IMG/VR virus record: IMGVR_UViG_3300027754_000067
Coordinates: 1 to 64,000 of that record
Length of the DNA stretch: 64,000 nucleotides
Reading direction: 5' to 3' (one strand)
Source: a virus
The translations under genes and the position numbers were made by a program. Below, piece by piece: positions 51,095 through 59,976 of this stretch. Every line of letters starts with the position of its first letter. Within the stretch, counting starts at the first letter, position 1. The notes under the pieces are model-generated. The model worked only from the letters and a program-made list of their open reading frames with translations, did no database searches and was not told where the DNA came from.

Positions 51095-51976
51095 ATGAGT
51101 AATTTGAAATTATATAATATTTTATACGAGAACGGTGATCTAGTTGATGAAATGGCGATTCAGCAGTTTAAAACTGTTGGAGATTGGTCAAAAAGATCAT
51201 CCTTTTCTCACCCAGTTGACAGAGCATTATTAACATCGCCAAAAGCGGTAGAGAAAATAAAACGTCAATGGGAAAATACGCCATATGATTTTGATTTATA
51301 TTTTGTTAATGATAAAAGAGTTAATAATCCAGCATTTAGAGAAGTAGGTTACAAACATTTAGATTTTGTAAGAAATATACTGCAAATCACACCAGAAGAG
51401 ATACCAGACCCGTCAGATGACAGAATAACAATTATATATACTGGTAATTTTGGTGATGAAAGATATATGGCAAGTGGCTGGATTTTGGCACATCGTTTTG
51501 GACATGCGATTTCAAGAAGCGATAATTCAACGGTTGGCGACTTATGGCGTAAATTTATAAAAAATCTAGCTGATATTTTTAAAGATATTTTATCAAAAGT
51601 TTACAATATCGAAGTTGATCTTAACATGCGTGGCAATTATTCTCAAATAAATAAAAATCAGAAGATATTAAAATTTGCCGCTCAGCAAATTGGGACTATG
51701 AAAAGTGCTAGAGAAAATAATTTACGTAATTGGTATGAATTTGCCTATGAATTATTAGCTCAATACTTAATTTCAGGTAAAATAAAGTTTAATCCATTAC
51801 CAAAATCAATTATTATTGGATTTGGTCCTTATGGCAGAAAAGAAATGAGATATACTAAATCTGAAGAATCTCGTCAGGAGATAAACTCCAGTGAATTAGA
51901 TTACTATGCTTCGACTATTGAATATCAGCTGGAAGATATCCTTGGAGCATGTTTGAATAAGATATTTGTGATGTGA
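51095..51976 (+). CDS. Zincin-like protein (HRxxH variant)
   Basis: WILAHRFGHA and EFAYELLAQY; LKLYNILYE tag. Confidence 0.55.
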   Translation: MSNLKLYNILYENGDLVDEMAIQQFKTVGDWSKRSSFSHPVDRALLTSPKAVEKIKRQWENTPYDFDLYFVNDKRVNNPAFREVGYKHLDFVRNILQITPEEIPDPSDDRITIIYTGNFGDERYMASGWILAHRFGHAISRSDNSTVGDLWRKFIKNLADIFKDILSKVYNIEVDLNMRGNYSQINKNQKILKFAAQQIGTMKSARENNLRNWYEFAYELLAQYLISGKIKFNPLPKSIIIGFGPYGRKEMRYTKSEESRQEINSSELDYYASTIEYQLEDILGACLNKIFVM

Positions 51977-51979
51977 TTC

Positions 51980-52807
51980 ATGATTAAACTATATAACATA
52001 TTATTTGAATCTTGTGTGGGTCTAGTGGAAGAAATTACTGATTCACAGCGGGAGCAAATGAAAAGATTAAAACCGGACGATAAGATTACGGTTTTTCATG
52101 GCACTCCACTTTTTCGTTTGCCGCATTTGATTAATGGATTTGATTCTACTCAGGAGCATAAAAGAGATTATCGTGGTGGGGCTCATCGTGGTTTGTTTGT
52201 GACTCTTGATTGGGAAATGGCTAAACGCTTTGGTGGAGGGGCCATATTAGAGCTAGAAGTTAAAGCAAAAAACATTCACGGCACTGATTATGGAGGTAAT
52301 ATTGGTCGAGAACAGCAAATGAGCGATAAAACCGAAGAGTTTATAAAAGGAGAACATCCAGAAAGCTTTCGCCCATACCTGAATTATACAATGCTTCAAA
52401 AAGGAGAACCACAAGGTTTATTGATTGGTGTTGTTGGCCCAAATCAAATTAAACGTGTTTGGGTCCGTGAAGGGAATGATTGGAAAGATTATACACGTGA
52501 AGAGTATTTGAAAAAAGAGTCCGTGTATAATGTAGAATTTGGCAAAGAAAAACGTTTTAAAGAAGCCGGTATTGATTTATCAAGCCCAAAAATAAAATTA
52601 GATGAGTTTTTGAAAGCTTATGCCGTTGCTAATAATCGTGCCGGTGAAGAAGACAGTCTGAAACAATATTTGTTACGTTATGCTCGCCGTGATTTGGATG
52701 ATCTACGGATTAGATTAGGTGATATGAGTATTGGCGGGAGCAATCTTGGTAAATTGGCATTAGAAAATATCATTCGTCAGCTTAAAAATGAGGCTGAGAA
52801 GCCATGA
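51980..52807 (+). CDS. ADP-ribosyltransferase-like protein
   Basis: VFHGT...GF...GLFVT.D...A..F motif; MIKLYNILFE tag. Confidence 0.55.
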   Translation: MIKLYNILFESCVGLVEEITDSQREQMKRLKPDDKITVFHGTPLFRLPHLINGFDSTQEHKRDYRGGAHRGLFVTLDWEMAKRFGGGAILELEVKAKNIHGTDYGGNIGREQQMSDKTEEFIKGEHPESFRPYLNYTMLQKGEPQGLLIGVVGPNQIKRVWVREGNDWKDYTREEYLKKESVYNVEFGKEKRFKEAGIDLSSPKIKLDEFLKAYAVANNRAGEEDSLKQYLLRYARRDLDDLRIRLGDMSIGGSNLGKLALENIIRQLKNEAEKP

Positions 52808-53835
52808 AATTATTTGAAATACTTTTTGAAGAAAATAGCATTGTAAAAAAGCTACATGGAAGCAATTTTTTATATCGATTAAAAGAATATGAAAAATTAA
52901 ATGATGATGGATTGCCACAATATGCCGTTAATTATTCGGAATTTAATAAATGGGGTGTAAACCCCAGTGCAGGTTATTTTCCAAAAGGAATATATTTTTA
53001 TTATTTGCACCCTAAATGCAGGGAACGTGCCGGAACGGGAACTGGATTTGCCACTAACAGGACATGGGTGAACATAGCTAAACTGAATTTAGATCGGTTT
53101 ATAGTATTAGATCCAGGAAAACCTAAAAATTTTGGTAAAGAAAGTCTTGATGCAGCAATTAGTAAGCTAAAATCAAAGTATAAAGATTTAGTAGGTACTG
53201 GTGACAGGGCAAGAAAATCTTATCGATTTGAAGACCACTATAATGATATACCAGAATTCATTACTTTAGCTAGGATATTATCCCAGATGCAGGATGATGG
53301 TGCTGGTAGTTTTAATAAACTTTTACACGATGCTGGATATGATGGGATTCTAGATATGGCTGGCGTTTTTTTGCCAATTGAAAGTTGTCAGGGAGTACAA
53401 ACATGGCCGGGTGCCGCTGATTATATTGAATCAATTAATACGCCATCTTCTATTAGAAGAAGCACTCCAACAGAAGACCAAAGAAGAAAAAACATATATA
53501 AGCAATTACAACATCAGAAAAATGGCGAGTTAGATTTGACCGAGGATGAATTTAGAGACATCATTGATTCATTTAAATCTGGGTTTTACTCTGGTGACAC
53601 TGATAATAAATATTATTTAATGGATTTGCTTGGCGATCTTTTTGCCAAGATCAATTTCAATAGATTTGATCTTGATAATCCAGCGAATCGTGTTGCTCAG
53701 TATGTCGAAAAATATGGTTCGCAACTTTGGGATGCGTTTGAAAGAAATCCTACAACACCGAAAAATTTTTGGCAACAAAGGATAAATTCTAGTTTTGAGG
53801 ATGTACGTTTGGCAGCAAAAGATAATTTACGGTGA
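52804..53835 (+). CDS. Hypothetical, possibly ART-fold protein
   Basis: GIYFY and GYDGI motifs; MKLFEILFE tag. Confidence 0.5.
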   Translation: MKLFEILFEENSIVKKLHGSNFLYRLKEYEKLNDDGLPQYAVNYSEFNKWGVNPSAGYFPKGIYFYYLHPKCRERAGTGTGFATNRTWVNIAKLNLDRFIVLDPGKPKNFGKESLDAAISKLKSKYKDLVGTGDRARKSYRFEDHYNDIPEFITLARILSQMQDDGAGSFNKLLHDAGYDGILDMAGVFLPIESCQGVQTWPGAADYIESINTPSSIRRSTPTEDQRRKNIYKQLQHQKNGELDLTEDEFRDIIDSFKSGFYSGDTDNKYYLMDLLGDLFAKINFNRFDLDNPANRVAQYVEKYGSQLWDAFERNPTTPKNFWQQRINSSFEDVRLAAKDNLR

Positions 53836-53914
53836 CGGATATAGCATCATTAGCTATAACATGTGGCCTAAGCTAGACTTTAGAAGTCTGTACTATTCAA
53901 AGGAGATAAAGATC

Positions 53915-53943
53915 TAAGAGATTCGAATCTCTCCTCTTTTTTT
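53915..53943 (+). terminator. Probable intrinsic terminator
   Basis: AGAGA-TTCGAA-TCTCT hairpin followed by a T-run between convergent genes. Confidence 0.45.
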
Positions 53944-54081
53944 GTCCTCTGTTTCATTTCCGATGGTAGTCCATCCCTAAAACAAAGCCCTTGTGAGGCT
54001 TATTGTGGGCGTTGAATGATTGGGATGGATACTTTACGGTTCGGATGATTTCGTGGCACTGCTGGGGCTCTGGGATGGGTT

Positions 54082-54897
54082 TTAGCCGGTGACGCTTTTG
54101 TAGTACTTGCGGAATAGTTTGTTAGCTTCGCTTTGCACGAAGTTATGGATATAGTCTGTATCTTTTCCGATTTCGCTGGCGGTATCGTTTAGTAGTTTTT
54201 CACCAAGATTAAGGAGACGTTCAGCGGAATAAGGTCCGGTATATGTATAGGCGTTAGCGGTTCCTAGATTAGCGTTTATTGCTGTTAACGAATAGCCTGT
54301 GAGCCCGCAGTCATCATCTTCTGTTGGTGTTTTTGGGCCTTCTAGTTTATCTATTTTTCTGTCTGGCCAAGTTCCTTGGGCGTCGAAGTATTTTTTTACG
54401 AATTTACCTTCGTCTTCTTCGAAACTATTGCCATGGTTATCCAGTTCGACTTTTTTCCAATCGCTGCTGTTTTCTATTCTTGTCCAAGTTTTTTTGGCGC
54501 TGTTGGATGTTGAAGAGCTTCTGTCTGAAGTGATAGGTCCACCGGCTACTTTGGACATCAAACAATACATGAAATATCCAGCAGCTGGGAACAGTGGACT
54601 TGCGACCATGATTGAGATTGATGCTGCACCAGAGCAGCTACCGCCACTATTATCGGTATCTAGTTCGGCGTAGGCAGCGATCCATTGATCAGGAGACAAG
54701 TACCTATCGTCTCTTAATCTGGTCTTGAATGCTTGTATGTTGACGAGAACATATTCGGAATCGCTATCGTTGATATTGATGAGAGCATATTTGGAGCCAG
54801 AGAATCTATCTGGATTTGTATCTCTGATTGGTTTTTCAACAGCAGTAGGTTCGTTTGTTGGCTCAGTTTGTTCGAACAGTATTGGATATAGCTTCAT
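54082..54897 (-). CDS. GNAT-like family protein, paralogue 2
   Basis: Same motifs as 47512; MKLYPILFE tag. Confidence 0.7.
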   Translation of the reverse strand: MKLYPILFEQTEPTNEPTAVEKPIRDTNPDRFSGSKYALININDSDSEYVLVNIQAFKTRLRDDRYLSPDQWIAAYAELDTDNSGGSCSGAASISIMVASPLFPAAGYFMYCLMSKVAGGPITSDRSSSTSNSAKKTWTRIENSSDWKKVELDNHGNSFEEDEGKFVKKYFDAQGTWPDRKIDKLEGPKTPTEDDDCGLTGYSLTAINANLGTANAYTYTGPYSAERLLNLGEKLLNDTASEIGKDTDYIHNFVQSEANKLFRKYYKSVTG

Positions 54898-55017
54898 GAG
54901 CTATAACTAGTCGGATTAATCTGGAGCTTGTTTGTTAGACAGGAAATAATTGATCGAAACCACGGTCATAGATGTAGTTGATAATTGTAGAAATTAGTAT
55001 TTCAAAAGTTTGAAAGG

Positions 55018-55425
55018 TTAAGTGTAATCTAATTGAGTGCGTTCTACTACCTGTGTTTTTTGTTCTTCTATCTGCATATATTCTTCGACGATTGAGTATG
55101 CTTTTTTTGCATCGAATTCCTTGCAACTAAATGCATCAAATTGAAATGTGCGAGTGAGTGGCCACACATGTATTGATATATGCGAACAACTTATCATACA
55201 AAAAGCACTAGTTCCACCAGAATCTGCAAAAGCCGTATAATCCAGTTTTGTTGGATCGACCTCGACGACTTTGAATATCGGACCTAAAATCACATACATT
55301 CCCAGAGACTTTACCAAAGCTTCAAACATCGCAGAAATATTTTCGTTAGAAAACGTAGAATCGTTTTTCACGAGGCCATCGATTATTAAATGTGTGCCTT
55401 TGAAGGCGGGTCTAATTTCAGACAT
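55018..55425 (-). CDS. speD: Pyruvoyl-dependent S-adenosylmethionine decarboxylase-family proenzyme
   Basis: G.HLIID, GG.S, SHISIH.WP and D.FSCK.FD motifs; GGAGG RBS. Confidence 0.85.
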   Translation of the reverse strand: MSEIRPAFKGTHLIIDGLVKNDSTFSNENISAMFEALVKSLGMYVILGPIFKVVEVDPTKLDYTAFADSGGTSAFCMISCSHISIHVWPLTRTFQFDAFSCKEFDAKKAYSIVEEYMQIEEQKTQVVERTQLDYT

Positions 55426-55728
55426 GCTGCACCTCCATAACTATCATACTTGTTGTTTTGCCTTGATTTTGGAGCATGTCCCAGAAAAATTTATCCAAAT
55501 AATCATGCGAGAAAACTTTTGGATCTTTTACGGTTGCGTCTACCGTGATATGTGGTCCAGCCATTGTTTATACCTCAAGAAAATCCATAACTAGTTGGCG
55601 AAATAAATTTATTTTTCTTGAATTAATTAATAGATAATATTGTGATTGTGGCGTGTTCAATATAGCACATTATTAACGCAACTATAACATTTCTATATTT
55701 TTTATGTGACTTAATATATTTAAGAAGC

Positions 55729-57126
55729 ATGAATACAATAAGTTTATTCGGAATACTTTACGAAGGTCTTCTTAAGATTCCACCAAAATTATCTACCGAA
55801 GTAAAAAAAGATGCCGCTGGCATTATGGCCGCAAAATATTATGTTATTGCTAAAAAAGTTTATGCTGATAGAATAGAATTAAGCAAACAAATAGTAGAAG
55901 ACAAAAAACATTTTGAGTCTATCAGTGATAAGCTTGCAAAAAAAGTATCAGATTTGGGAAAAGAATTAGAAAAGATAGAAATCAAAGGTCAGGATTATGA
56001 AACATCAGTAACAAGACCTATAGAATTAGATAAATCATTACAGTTTGCGTTATATAGAAACACACTTGATCGTGATATAGTGACCAGGATTACATTAAGA
56101 ACATATATGTCTTCCAATAGCGATGAACGTGCAATTGATATGAAATATTTTAACTCTTCAGGAGAAGAAATTGCAGAAGCAGAGGAAATTCATAGTTTTG
56201 AAACACATGTAAAAAATTACATAGATTATCTTGTGGATTATGATAAAGATGTTGAAAGTATCAAGGATTACAGAGAAGAATCAGCATCACTTATTGATCA
56301 TTTAGATAGTCTACGTACTTCTCAGAATCAACTAACAAACATAATTGGCGATAGTTATGAAAAAGCTATAAATCAATGGGGATTTAACGGAACATATGGT
56401 TTGTTTTTAGATATGTTCCAAGGATGGAGTCCAGGCTCTAAACCTATTGATTTATCTAAGGTTATAAAAAACGAAAAAGGTGATACCGTTTCTTTATATG
56501 TAAAATTTGTTTTTCAAAAAGAAAATGAAAAATTAGAAAATGCTGGCCATTATAGTGGTAGAGTCAGTGATAATTTTTATAGTATCAATATAGTGATACC
56601 ATTTATACCTGATAATAATTTAAATATATATAAAATAGATGAAGTTTTGGAAGAACTAAACTCAACAATTGATCATGAACTTGGGCATTTAGTTCAAGAT
56701 TTGTTGCAACATGCAAAACTGGGTTACTCAAGAAGAATGGGAAGAGAAAAATTTGGATATCCAAGCAAAAAAATATCACAAAAGACACCAGAAATAAGCC
56801 CAGAAGGAAAATGGAATGAGAGACATGAAGTGCGAGATGTTGAGTTTTATACACGTCTCGGTGATAGCAAGGTAAGAGCAGAAAAAATACTGGCTAATAA
56901 AAAACGTGATACTTTGAAGACAAAACTAGATGCTTTTAAAGCAATCGTTGGAATAAGAGATCCATATTTGCGATACTACCAGGAATTTTATAAAGATCCA
57001 TGGTTTGCGGTACTTAAAAAAGAAAACCCTGGCAAATGGGCTAAGGCCGTAAAGGAGTTATATAAATCTTTAGCTGAATATTTTACTGAGCCAGTTGCAA
57101 TAAAAAAAGTGTTTAAAAAACAATGA
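55729..57126 (+). CDS. Zincin metallopeptidase-like protein
   Basis: IDHELGHLVQ (HExxH) with a downstream Glu; LFGILYE tag. Confidence 0.65.
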   Translation: MNTISLFGILYEGLLKIPPKLSTEVKKDAAGIMAAKYYVIAKKVYADRIELSKQIVEDKKHFESISDKLAKKVSDLGKELEKIEIKGQDYETSVTRPIELDKSLQFALYRNTLDRDIVTRITLRTYMSSNSDERAIDMKYFNSSGEEIAEAEEIHSFETHVKNYIDYLVDYDKDVESIKDYREESASLIDHLDSLRTSQNQLTNIIGDSYEKAINQWGFNGTYGLFLDMFQGWSPGSKPIDLSKVIKNEKGDTVSLYVKFVFQKENEKLENAGHYSGRVSDNFYSINIVIPFIPDNNLNIYKIDEVLEELNSTIDHELGHLVQDLLQHAKLGYSRRMGREKFGYPSKKISQKTPEISPEGKWNERHEVRDVEFYTRLGDSKVRAEKILANKKRDTLKTKLDAFKAIVGIRDPYLRYYQEFYKDPWFAVLKKENPGKWAKAVKELYKSLAEYFTEPVAIKKVFKKQ

Positions 57127-57746
57127 AGTTAAGTAATATATTATTTGAATCTGATGATACTGACTATCGTGGAGAGCATTCTGCACCAGGGTCTGATGAT
57201 GCTCCAATGTGGGATGTAACAAAAGCAGTCTATCCTGAAGATTTTTATTCTGCAAATGGCGCTAGATATTATGGAGACAATGCAGGCGATGCATCAGATC
57301 AAATTGTTGTAGCTTTAATTAGAAACGTTAGAAATAAACCAAGAGCACGAATAAAGATATATCGTGCAGTTCCAAAAGAACTAAGCTTACAAGAGCAAAT
57401 TGATAATTTGATAGCAGAAAAGAAATATATATTAAAATATGGAAAAATACCAAAAGATGTTAAAACATCACTAGATAGAAGACTAGATATAAGTAAGTAT
57501 TATGAGCATATATCGGATATGATTGATAGTTTACAGAGCCGTATTGATGCTGGCGAAAAAGATAAAACTGGTATTGAAAAAATAAATAGTGGCGATTGGG
57601 TTACAATATATCGTCCTTATGCAAAAGAACATGGTCTGTCATCTCTAAGAGGAAAATATAAGATATTATCTATGACAGTGCCCGCAAAAAATTTATTCAC
57701 AGACGGAAATAGCATTTACGAATGGGGTTACATAGAGAACGTTTAG
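57123..57746 (+). CDS. ART-fold-like phage protein
   Basis: KIYRAVP, IN.GDWVT...YA..HG and DGNS..EWGY motifs; MKLSNILFE tag. Confidence 0.55.
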   Translation: MKLSNILFESDDTDYRGEHSAPGSDDAPMWDVTKAVYPEDFYSANGARYYGDNAGDASDQIVVALIRNVRNKPRARIKIYRAVPKELSLQEQIDNLIAEKKYILKYGKIPKDVKTSLDRRLDISKYYEHISDMIDSLQSRIDAGEKDKTGIEKINSGDWVTIYRPYAKEHGLSSLRGKYKILSMTVPAKNLFTDGNSIYEWGYIENV

Positions 57747-58510
57747 TCATGCTCATAGCGTTGATTAAATAATTCTTCGCCGCCTTGAATTATTTCATCT
57801 ACAAGATCTTGTGGGCTTTTATAAGCTTTTTCTGAAACATCTCTAATGAGAAGCCGACCTGCTTTAATCAAAGCATTGGGATCTAATGGACCAGAATACA
57901 TATAGGCATTTTCCGTTCCGAGTTCGTCGATAGTGTTGCCAATTTTAACATTTTTCATACCTTTTTTTGGTGCTGGCAATATACAATCATCCGATGGATC
58001 TGTAGTTTTAGGAGCGCTAGATATATTTGCAATTATTTTATTTGGGTGCATCCCTTCAATATCGACAAATGTTTTTTGCTGTTGCAGATAAAAATTATCA
58101 AGATCTAGCTTTTGCCAATCACCTGATTTTTCTATTTTGCTCCATGCTTTTTTTGCTAAATCTGTTGTTGAATGAACACGATCACTTGTCAAGTAAACGC
58201 CTAAATGTTTCGAACTTAATGCATAAAGTAGTGAACCTGCGCCTGGGAATTTACCACTTGCAACTACTTGTTCGATTTCTCTTGCGGGCTGACAGTTTTT
58301 CTGCGGATCTTTAATTTCAATTGCGCCAGCGCACCATTCGTCTAGTGGTATTTTGACACGATCTACAATTAACTCTTCATAAGCCTGTTGATTTACAAGT
58401 ACAAATGTTGAACCATGTACAAATAGAGCAAAATCTTGATCTGAATAATTAATATATTCTTTTTTCCCATCATTTTCAAATAAAATTGGGTAAAGTTTTA
58501 GATGTTTCAT
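57743..58510 (-). CDS. GNAT-like family protein, paralogue 3
   Basis: GAGSLLY...LTSDR..STT..AKK.W; LKLYPILFE tag. Confidence 0.7.
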   Translation of the reverse strand: MKHLKLYPILFENDGKKEYINYSDQDFALFVHGSTFVLVNQQAYEELIVDRVKIPLDEWCAGAIEIKDPQKNCQPAREIEQVVASGKFPGAGSLLYALSSKHLGVYLTSDRVHSTTDLAKKAWSKIEKSGDWQKLDLDNFYLQQQKTFVDIEGMHPNKIIANISSAPKTTDPSDDCILPAPKKGMKNVKIGNTIDELGTENAYMYSGPLDPNALIKAGRLLIRDVSEKAYKSPQDLVDEIIQGGEELFNQRYEHD

Positions 58511-58512
58511 GA

Positions 58513-59319
58513 TTAATATTTATAGTATTTAGAAAATAATCTATTAGAAAATACTTGAATTTCTTCTTTTAGTTTTCCAATAGGTTGATCTATTAATTTA
58601 CTAATTTCACTAAGCAATTTATTACCGTTTTCGATCAATGGAAATGGATCAAGTCCACCTGTATAAATATAAGCATCAGCTGTGCCAAGACGTTTATTTA
58701 TAGTTTTCACAGTTGACCCAGATGGTAAATTGCAATCATCGCTTACTGATGTGGTTTTAGAAAATGGGCTAGCTTTCATTTCTCTTTCTGGCCAATTTCC
58801 ATTGATATCAAAATATTGATATCCTTGTTTTTCTCCATAAGGGCTCAGGACTTCTGAAGAATAATTATCTAGTGGTATTTTTTGCCAATCACCGGAAGGC
58901 TCAATATATTTTGCCCATGTTGCTTTGGCGGGTTCTGAGGTTGATGATTCTCTGTCACTTGTAAGTGGTTTTCCACGATATTTTGAAAGGAAACAATACA
59001 TTGCGTAACCGGCTTTTGGATACATTGGGCTGGCCACAACATAGCTTACTTCATCAGCGCCAGAACATTCATTTTCTTTATTTGGATCAATACCAGCACT
59101 TGCCACTAACCATTTTTCTATTGCCATGAATTTAGTTTTACCACCTACTTCTTCACGGTTTGTATAATTCGGTACATTAATAAGTATGAGATTTTTTCCT
59201 GCTCCGGTATCAACTATTGCATAATCGGGCGCAATGAATCTACCAGGGTTTTTTTCGGCTGGTATTTCTTTAGTTGTTTGTTTTTCTTCTTGTTCAAATA
59301 ATATAGAATAAAGTTTCAT
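58513..59319 (-). CDS. GNAT-like family protein, paralogue 4
   Basis: AGYAMY...LTSDR.SSTS..AK..W; MKLYSILFE tag. Confidence 0.7.
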   Translation of the reverse strand: MKLYSILFEQEEKQTTKEIPAEKNPGRFIAPDYAIVDTGAGKNLILINVPNYTNREEVGGKTKFMAIEKWLVASAGIDPNKENECSGADEVSYVVASPMYPKAGYAMYCFLSKYRGKPLTSDRESSTSEPAKATWAKYIEPSGDWQKIPLDNYSSEVLSPYGEKQGYQYFDINGNWPEREMKASPFSKTTSVSDDCNLPSGSTVKTINKRLGTADAYIYTGGLDPFPLIENGNKLLSEISKLIDQPIGKLKEEIQVFSNRLFSKYYKY

Positions 59320-59352
59320 ATGATTAAATATTTAGTTAGAACAAGGAAAAAT

Positions 59353-59976
59353 ATGAAAAAAGATATAATGGTTATTGAGGAAGGAGCTATGGATTGGCTT
59401 CATGCTGGTTTGGATTTAGCCGGTTTAATTCCTGGTATTGGCGAACCATTTGATGCCGCAAATGCAATTTTATACGCCAAACAAGGTGATTGGATGAATG
59501 CAGCCTTATCTGCTATATCTATGGTTCCAGAAATTGGTGATCTTTTTGGTAAAGGTGGGAAAATCGTTTTATTATTAGAGAAATTAATAACCAAAGGAGG
59601 TCGTTCTGGTAAGCTTGCAGAGAAAATTTTACAGCACGCTCCACAAATTGTAAAAACAATTACCGAAGGATTTAAAAAATATAAAAATAATAAAACTAAA
59701 ATTACAGCTTTCTTAGATGGTCTCAGCCAAACCCAAAATGAAAAACTAAAAGGTCTTGCTCCCTATGCGGAAAAGATAAAACAGTCATTGAGTAAAGTAG
59801 AAAAGGCATATGATAATATTGTTAAATTATCACAGGCTGTTTCAAAAAAAGAAGAGAACCCACAAGAGCCAGAAATTGATAAAAAAGAAGCTGAAAATCT
59901 AATCAAAGAAATGGTCTTTGAAGAAAACTTAAAGACCATTATTATCAACGAAATAAGATTACAAATTAATAGATGA
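59353..59976 (+). CDS. Protein with a pre-toxin TG (PT-TG)-like helical segment
   Basis: LDLAGLIPGIGEPFDAANAILY..QGDW..AALSAISMVP.IGD. Confidence 0.6.
   Translation: MKKDIMVIEEGAMDWLHAGLDLAGLIPGIGEPFDAANAILYAKQGDWMNAALSAISMVPEIGDLFGKGGKIVLLLEKLITKGGRSGKLAEKILQHAPQIVKTITEGFKKYKNNKTKITAFLDGLSQTQNEKLKGLAPYAEKIKQSLSKVEKAYDNIVKLSQAVSKKEENPQEPEIDKKEAENLIKEMVFEENLKTIIINEIRLQINR

Larger units (their letters stand above)
46505..59330. promoter_or_regulatory. TA(T/G)TTA late-type promoter motif 5-6 nt before ATG
   Basis: TATTTA at 46505, 49200, 51083, 55717 and on the minus strand before 59319; TAGTTA before 54897; no -35 box. Confidence 0.6.

Noticed and set aside
53836-53943. tRNA suggested by GAGATTCGAATCTC
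   Set aside because: No D-arm or anticodon arm at the right spacing; a hairpin plus T-run fits a terminator better
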